Origin: Eutreptiella sp. 'Long Island Sound 2002'
Lineage: Eukaryota; Protista; Euglenida
Assembly (NCBI GenBank): GCA_964036045.1
Contig: OZ038378.1
Location: 65,162,001-65,226,000 of the forward strand
DNA length: 64,000 nucleotides
Direction of reading: 5' to 3'
Below, in pieces: positions 57,417 to 64,000 of the stretch (positions are counted from its first letter, which is position 1; every line of letters starts with the position of its first letter). The translations under genes were made by a program, and so were the position numbers. The notes under the pieces were generated by a model. It was given only the letters and a program-made list of their open reading frames with translations, searched no databases and had not been told where the DNA came from.

Positions 57417-57697
57417 ATGGGTGCTAATAGTGTTAGATTCTATCCTGTTACTGAATTGGATGTGAACCGGAAGCTAGGGCAACTCCAGTGGATGATAGAA
57501 GGTTTGGACAATGAGATCTGGCTAAACCCTGTTGTGGTGCCTTCAGCCACACCGGAGGGCCCCATAAAAAGGGATTGGTACGCGTTAACGGGCGCTTTTG
57601 CTTCGGCTTTTGCCACGCCTATGCGTATGGGGGATCACGTGTCGCTTGAAGCTGGAGGAGCCCTAGTGGAAGAGGAGTTGAAGTGGAAGTGGCTGAG
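57417..57697 (+). CDS. Possible coding exon, unknown protein
   Basis: MGANSVRFYPVTELDVNRK...EEELKWKWL ends at a GAG|GTAGGC donor; no downstream exon identified. Confidence 0.3.
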
Positions 57698-58699
57698 GTA
57701 GGCACACCTAGCGGGAAGAAAGCAAGTCAGTTGTTGCTCCGCCTCGAATGTGTTCTACTTCTCATCCTTGTCCTTTTTTTGCTTTGCGTGTGAGTCTTAA
57801 TGAATCAACCTTTGCAGATGCTGTGTGTGGAAAATGCTGTGTGCACGTGCAATGGGTGGACATGCCAAAGTGGAGACTTGCACTCTTGCTAACCTTTGCT
57901 CCTAACCTCCCATTTATGTGTTGCCGTTTTACTCCATTGACCTGCAACAGGTGAATTAATGATAATTTCCTATCTTTGGATGAATACAGTTGGTGATCCA
58001 CTATCCCTCTCTTAGCAGCATGCAGTAGGGCATGAGGTCAGCTAATTTGGCAACTGGGTACAGGGAAAATTCTCCATCAAGGTTGTGAATTCTCACTTCA
58101 AGTGCATGCATGCTCACTTGGGTCATGGCTAGGTCAAATTCCCTCTCCATATGCATGGTCCCATGGGTCATTGCTAGGCTACGCTCTCCGGATTGAGTTT
58201 TTTTTGGGTCATCTCTCTTCGGCCATGGATTGGTTGGGTTCTCTCTTCAGGGCATGGATTGGTGAGGGTCTCTCTCAGGGCATGGACTGGGGCGGGACCA
58301 TCTCTCTGAATGCCTGGATTGGGGCGGGACCAGCTCTCTATGAGGCAAGACTATCTCTCCTTGGGATAGGACAATCTCACCAGGGATGTGCTCTCATTGA
58401 ACCCGGGATCCCTCTGTCTATGCCCTCCTCCTTCGGGCCCGGTCTAGGTCTCTCCACGTGACCCGGGGCATCTTTTTACCCAATTTCTCTCTAAGTAGCA
58501 TGCATTTAATTGGTTCGGTGTCACACGAACATGCACATGTCCATGTGAGGATTGTTTCTAATGCACATGATGATTTGTGTTTGCTAATGTCTTTGGTTCC
58601 CAAGGAATTAGGCACGAGGTGATGGGACTGAGTGGCATGTGCAAGCATGTGAGGGCATGAGGTGTATGCCGTGTGTTGGCCTTGATAAGACCTTCTTCC

Positions 58700-58747
58700 T
58701 GCATTGTCAAAGGAAACATCCCGGGCTCCTGAAGATACCTACCTACC
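58700..58747 (+). mobile_element. Short 3'-end remnant of the (CCTA)n-tail family
   Basis: TCAAAGGAAACATCCCGGGCTCCTGAAGATACCTACCTAC matches the 53122 element end TCAAAGAAGGCATCCCAAGTTGCCGAAGATACCTACCTAC. Confidence 0.7.
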
Positions 58748-59959
58748 TTTGTGTTCGTGGAGATCATCGTGTGACGCTTGATCCAGGTTGGCAAAATTTC
58801 TCCTGTTTGGAACCCATGTTTCTCATTTCTGCTTTTGCCGTCTTGTAGGCATGGCTGAAGATGACCAATGTGGGGCCGCACCTATGTTGAAGGAGATGAT
58901 GCCATTGTGTTGTGTACCATTTCTTTGTGTTTTGCCATGTATCATATGTACTTTATTGATGTTATTGTGTCATGCATAAACTTATGAGTCAATATCATTT
59001 TCTCAATGTGTTGAATCGAGATTATGCTAGCATGGCGTCATGTGTCCGTAAGGGAACGCATGGTTCACATGTCCATGGTCTATGAAATTGATTCCTGGAG
59101 TAGGGGGGCAACATCGTCTTCAATATTCGCATATCCTATTCCAGGGCTGGAATTCTACTTCTGTTCATTCCTCTCCTTTTGCCCGACATTGTCTTATTTG
59201 TTCTCCTCTCCAAGATGATGTCCGTGTATTGATTTTGATACAATCAACTCAATTTGGTGATCAGCTATTCTGACTTCATTGGTCATTTGACATTATTGAT
59301 CAAATGTTCCGATTTCATTGTAAGGGTTGCCAAGAGTGTACCTACGGGATTTGTTTGAAATTTGTGAACCATGGAAGCACTGGTGAGATCAAGGACAATG
59401 CTGGTCACGGCGAAGGGACTGAAAAAATCGGGAAATAGGCAGTAGAGCTCATAGAATGGCAGGGGCTGGTCCTACAGACCTTCCTTATGGTACAGGGGTT
59501 CACCTACTGTTTACCGCCATCCAGGGAGCCTGGGACCTAATGAGCCCTGCCCAAGTGGACCAAGGGTCACCATTCACGATAACATCCGGAAATCGTCGGT
59601 TGAAGCCCGAGAAGCATGAAGATATTTGGAAATAGCATTGGGTACCAACATCGAAGACATTGTCACCTTCTGTGGAGGAACATGTCTAAAACGATGTCAT
59701 CTCTGAGTATCCACAGAACAGTCGGACGGGGTCACGAGCTGCAGCAGCGGCGGGGGGACTAGGCGCAACCAAAAATGCGGTTAAACAAAACCGTCCAAGG
59801 GGGATGCGGGAACGGCGATTGAAATGACGCCGAGCACCGTCCACGGGATGTTCAGTGCTGCGTCGGGATCTGAGGGATATCATACTTGCTACCCTTCGGA
59901 TTCCCAACGCCCCGGTCGCATACCGCCTGAAATCGGGAACTTGCTGGTGACGCAAGACG

Positions 59960-60529
59960 GGAATCATTGTCTGAAAGGGCAGTCACAAGCCTAGTGCCGA
60001 GACACACGGATTTCGGGGCGACATGGGCGAGGCAGGAGATGCCAAAGAAGACCGGAGAATGGACAGTGGCGGGACAGGCGACACCATCATGTCTTGAGGA
60101 GAAGAGCGTGGAGCTCCGGAAAAGCCGCCCCGAGACAGCCAGGATCCTACAGGAGATGACCGCCATCCTGAGGAGGACACCAAGGAAGCGGCATGCAGGA
60201 AAGCTGGGAGTGAAGATCTTTGCCATTGCTGGCATGTGGACCTACTCATGTGAAGTTATTCCTGGGTTGGCAAAGATGCCCTTATTCAGAGGATCGACAA
60301 GTTGGACGACACCACCCCTGGAATTTTTGAGGAGCAGGCCATCTTCGACCACGATCTGAAGACAATCCGGTGACATCGAGAGGACTACGAGGCCAAGCTG
60401 GAAAGAATGCTGGTACAGCAGGAAGGGGTGGTGGAGACCATGATCAAGTACTTGGAAACAGTCGAGAACAGGATGAGGGAGTTGAGAAGGCGTGAAGGAA
60501 CTCCAGCACCCGTCCCGGTACCACCCTAG
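59960..60529 (+). pseudogene. Degenerate ORF with C-terminal coiled coil, unknown
   Basis: EEKSVELRK...KIFAIAGMWTYSCEVIPG, then a frameshift, then KDALIQRIDKL...MIKYLETVENRMRELRRREGTP. Confidence 0.35.
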
Positions 60530-61929
60530 GTGCACACTTTGGACACTACTTCCTTTCAACACCCTTCAACATCTTTCACCACACGCTTCGGTGAAAGGTG
60601 GTGATTTAGTACCCATTCAGGTACGCAGAAACACGTATCATATGGTTAAAACCTGGTACTTTCACTAGTTCATGCATTTTGCAGCACATAGTCCATCGCC
60701 GCGGCGACGCGCGCGGCGCCGCAGAATAGCGCACGTAGTGAAACTACCGAGTTGAAGGTTGAAAATACAGTGCGGATGGATGAAGTTTGAGTTGCGGTGA
60801 CGGAAAATCAATGATTTAGGCAAAACCGCAAGCATTTGCAGCGCTTCCCACCTTCACTGGCACGTAGCGTGTTCCATTGGCACATACTAGGATTGGACGG
60901 GTCAAACTAGGTGCAGTTTATTCATGAGCCCCCACATGTGGAACATAGCACCTGACAACACGGGTGTTCTTAGGTGGTATTGTGACCGCTTCTACACGTT
61001 GTGCAGTCAATGATCCAAAACAAAAAATGACCACGCGATACAGATTCGGCTCCGGTGGGCACTTGGATATCACCGCGGAATCAGACCAAGAAGGGAACAT
61101 CAGCGTCTACCTGCGTTTCAGCGGATTGCCACCGTCACCCGGCATTATTTTGACGTAAGATTCACACGCATTGCACGCACAATTGGATGGGCCTGTGAGC
61201 ACGCAGTCAGCGACTACCACGAACATTGTTCCGCAAAGCTCGATTGAAACTGAGGGCGGTGAGCCCCGAAGTGGCGGCTGGCGGCTGGTGCGAGCTCTTG
61301 GTGATGGTGGAGGTGCGCAACGCCCAATGCCTCATCCGCATCCCGGTCATATCCATGTTGTGGTGTAGGCTGTGAGCGCTTGTGGAGGGTGAAGCCGTGG
61401 TAAGCCACGGTGGTGAGCGGAAGTTCGGTGGAGAGCCGTAATGGGGTGCGCCGCATGTGAATGGCAGTAAGCCGCATGCCACATGTTCCACTTTGCTTTG
61501 GTCTCCCCCGTTGGGGTTACTTTGGTGCACGGCTTCGTTGCCCTCGGTGTCAAAATTATGTGCGCCTATACGTGCACCACCGCATGCGCTATGCTTGGAT
61601 GTACCGTTCGCCCCAAATTCTTCCTACTCTTTGATATCCATTCATTGCTCTGACATGTACGTTACGCCTCCAATGGACACCACTACATTGAGTGGGAACA
61701 TATTATGTGCTTTCTTTCTTGCACGTGCTGGTAGCCGTTGCACACGTTCATACAGGTTGTACATGTTGCTGAACCGGTTCACATTGGTACTCTCACCATG
61801 TTGCACCGGTGAAAGTTGAAATGGGGTTTTTTTTTCACCACAGTGTACTCTTCCATTGTACCTTCATCTGTAGAAAAATATGGCCACCTCGCTTTTCAAT
61901 CTTTTAAAACAACAATATGGCCCGCACCC

Positions 61930-63690
61930 TCTAGGAAACGCGGATTACCAGCAAGCTCTTGTGGGGTTGTTCACGACGAGGTTTCATGGCAGCGGACTTG
62001 TCAACCGGGTGCTGGGTGATGTTAGATAGTCACCAAGATTCCAGAGGGCCCAGCAGAAGAGTTTACGAGGGGTATTCACGGCACAGGAGGCTGTGAGGTT
62101 GGGCGTGGACCTGCACATGCCAAAAAGGCGCTACAGAAAATTGATCACATGGGCCCAAGAAGAAAGAAAAGCGGCGGAACAGATCCTACGTGGCGGATGG
62201 ATAAGTCCGTTCCGGTCGTACCGTGCCATGCACAATGCATGGCAGCGCCTTTGCAAGTATCAGAAGTTGAGTGTAGTAACAGATGGGGAGTATGTAGGTG
62301 TAAAATGGAAGGTAGCCAGTTTCCTGAAGTACATAGCCACGCAGCCGGATATCATTGATGGTTTGCATCTTGAGAAGGAAAAGCCGTTACTCACATTGAT
62401 TGTATGTGGTGACGGCTTCCCATGTGGGTCGCGTTCATGGTGTCAATTGGTGGTGGGTTTTGCGGAGCTTGAGGAGCTAACCAGATCCATTTGGTACAAC
62501 TGGACGGTTAACATTGCATTATGCGGCGAGAGCCAAGAGGCCGTCTTAGGAAATCTCTTTGCAGAGTATTTGCGCTACCTGGAATGGATTCATGACCATG
62601 AAACGATAAAGATTCAGGGACGTTGGGTAGATTTTACGTCGAAGACGGGCAGGGACTCACGGTGGTTGCCTCATCTTCTTGGGTACACGAGCCACTGGTT
62701 TGTCGGGAGTGTGTACACGTACGCCCTGTGGACACGTACCGAGGGCTGGAAAGATACGGATGTGGAGCGCACTGTTGAGCCAGAGAGACAAATGTACGGC
62801 AAGTACTGCCGGGCTGTTAGGACGGGGGACCATGTGGGTAAGCGGATTGAGAATGTCGGTGGTTGTACGCATGGTACCCTGCTGTGCATGCACAGTCGTT
62901 GGGAAACAGTGGTGTTGTGCATTTTGCACATCCTCATGGCGCTGGAAAAAGTACTTATCTGTTTGGATTCGCAAGCAGTCACATTTGCTGAAGCCTGCGC
63001 GACGCACAAAGTTGGCAACTCTCCTGGGCGGCGCTAAAACTGGGGTTGTTTTGGCGGGCAAAGGTGCACCGGATGGGGAGATGTCTTGTGTAATAGGCCG
63101 GCCTGGGCAACCAGGACAGGGCTGCAGGAGCCCTGCCGCGATTGCGCATTCGCGTGTTGCAGCCGCAAATACCAGAGTGGAAAATGAAGAGAGAAACAAA
63201 GAGCGAAGCGCTGTGTTACGTTATTTTATGGTTGCTTATTTATGATTAATTCTGTGCTTTGCATTCTTTTGGTTGTTGTAGTTATGTTGCATGGTGGGCT
63301 GCCAAAGTCCCCAAACTGCACACACTCGTGACGCCGGCAGTGACCACTCAGGCAGACAAGGAACTCCGTGCTGAACATCTACAATGGAGGTCAAAACTGC
63401 TTGGTGCTTATGAAGGTGCAGGGTTTGCGTGCAGGATGTGTAGATCAGTGCATGCACAGCGCAAAGTACAAGGAGTGCAGAACAAGCAGGATCCAAGGAG
63501 TGCAGAACAAGCAAGGAAAAGTAGCAACTACTAAGGGGAACGAACGTCAAAGGTTTTGAGAGTTTGAATAAACAAGGAGAACGGGTTTTGGAGAAATCGC
63601 AAGAGTTTTTGGTTACCTCCGCCGAATGCCTTACAAAACTCTTAGCTAAGTACGGATGCCCCGAAGCTGTCCAACTGCAGCACTGAGGCA
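61930..63690 (+). pseudogene. Second RAG1/Transib-like DDE transposase (frameshifted)
   Basis: FTAQEAVRLGVDLHMPKRRYRKL (compare RAG1 [23 protein letters not shown]), IVCGDG (D 62411), GRDSRW (D 62654), VVLCILH, PDGE and KGFESLNK (E 63558). Additional N-terminal exons may lie at 61.0-61.9 kb. Confidence 0.78.
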
Positions 63691-63784
63691 GTCCCGCGAG
63701 TGCACAGTGCAGCAATCAAGCAGCAGGGCAAAGCCAGCTGAGTTGGGGGACGCGTGCAAGAAGAACAGCACCAAAATTGGTACG

Positions 63785-64000
63785 ATACCAGCGCTGCGCT
63801 ACAGCGCTGAGAGACACCCAAAGTATCAGCGCCGCGTTGACCGCCGAGAGGGAACCGAAGTACCAGCGTTGCGATGCAGCGCCGATGGAGGCTCAGAGAG
63901 ACTCACGAAGTATCAGCGCTGCGCTACAGCGCCGATGGAAGCACAGGGGGACTCACACAGTACCAGCGCTGCGCTACAGCGCTGAGAGGGAACCGAAGTA
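63785..64000. repeat. Tandem repeats built on CAGCGCTG palindromes, running off the right edge
   Basis: AGTA(C/T)CAGCGCTGCGCTACAGCGC(T/C)GA repeated about 5 times with variable spacers. Confidence 0.85.

Overview
Eukaryotic, repeat-saturated window with GT-AG introns. No intact host gene, rRNA, functional tRNA or CRISPR array was found, and the organism cannot be determined from sequence alone. Left to right: a 50-bp minisatellite; an intron-containing RAG1/Transib-like DDE transposase pseudogene (minus strand) spliced to a long C-terminal extension; a 3'-truncated APE-type LINE; two related ~6-kb two-gene DNA transposons (Academ/DUF6589-like transposase plus an unknown gene), one nested in the other, with a 2.1-kb tandem duplication of their left ends; a degenerate 2OG-Fe(II) dioxygenase gene with a possible Ulp1-like tail; a 4-kb block of three abutting satellites; two MITEs; an old gypsy RT remnant; a tRNA-Tyr-derived sequence; a triplicated unit of unknown nature; a Ty3/gypsy-type element with a DIRS-type adenine-methyltransferase-like domain upstream of RT, riddled with nested non-LTR insertions (one ending in a hammerhead-like motif); and a second RAG1/Transib-like transposase pseudogene. 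All family assignments come from manual motif reading, not database searches. Boundaries are approximate unless TIR, TSD or splice sites are quoted.
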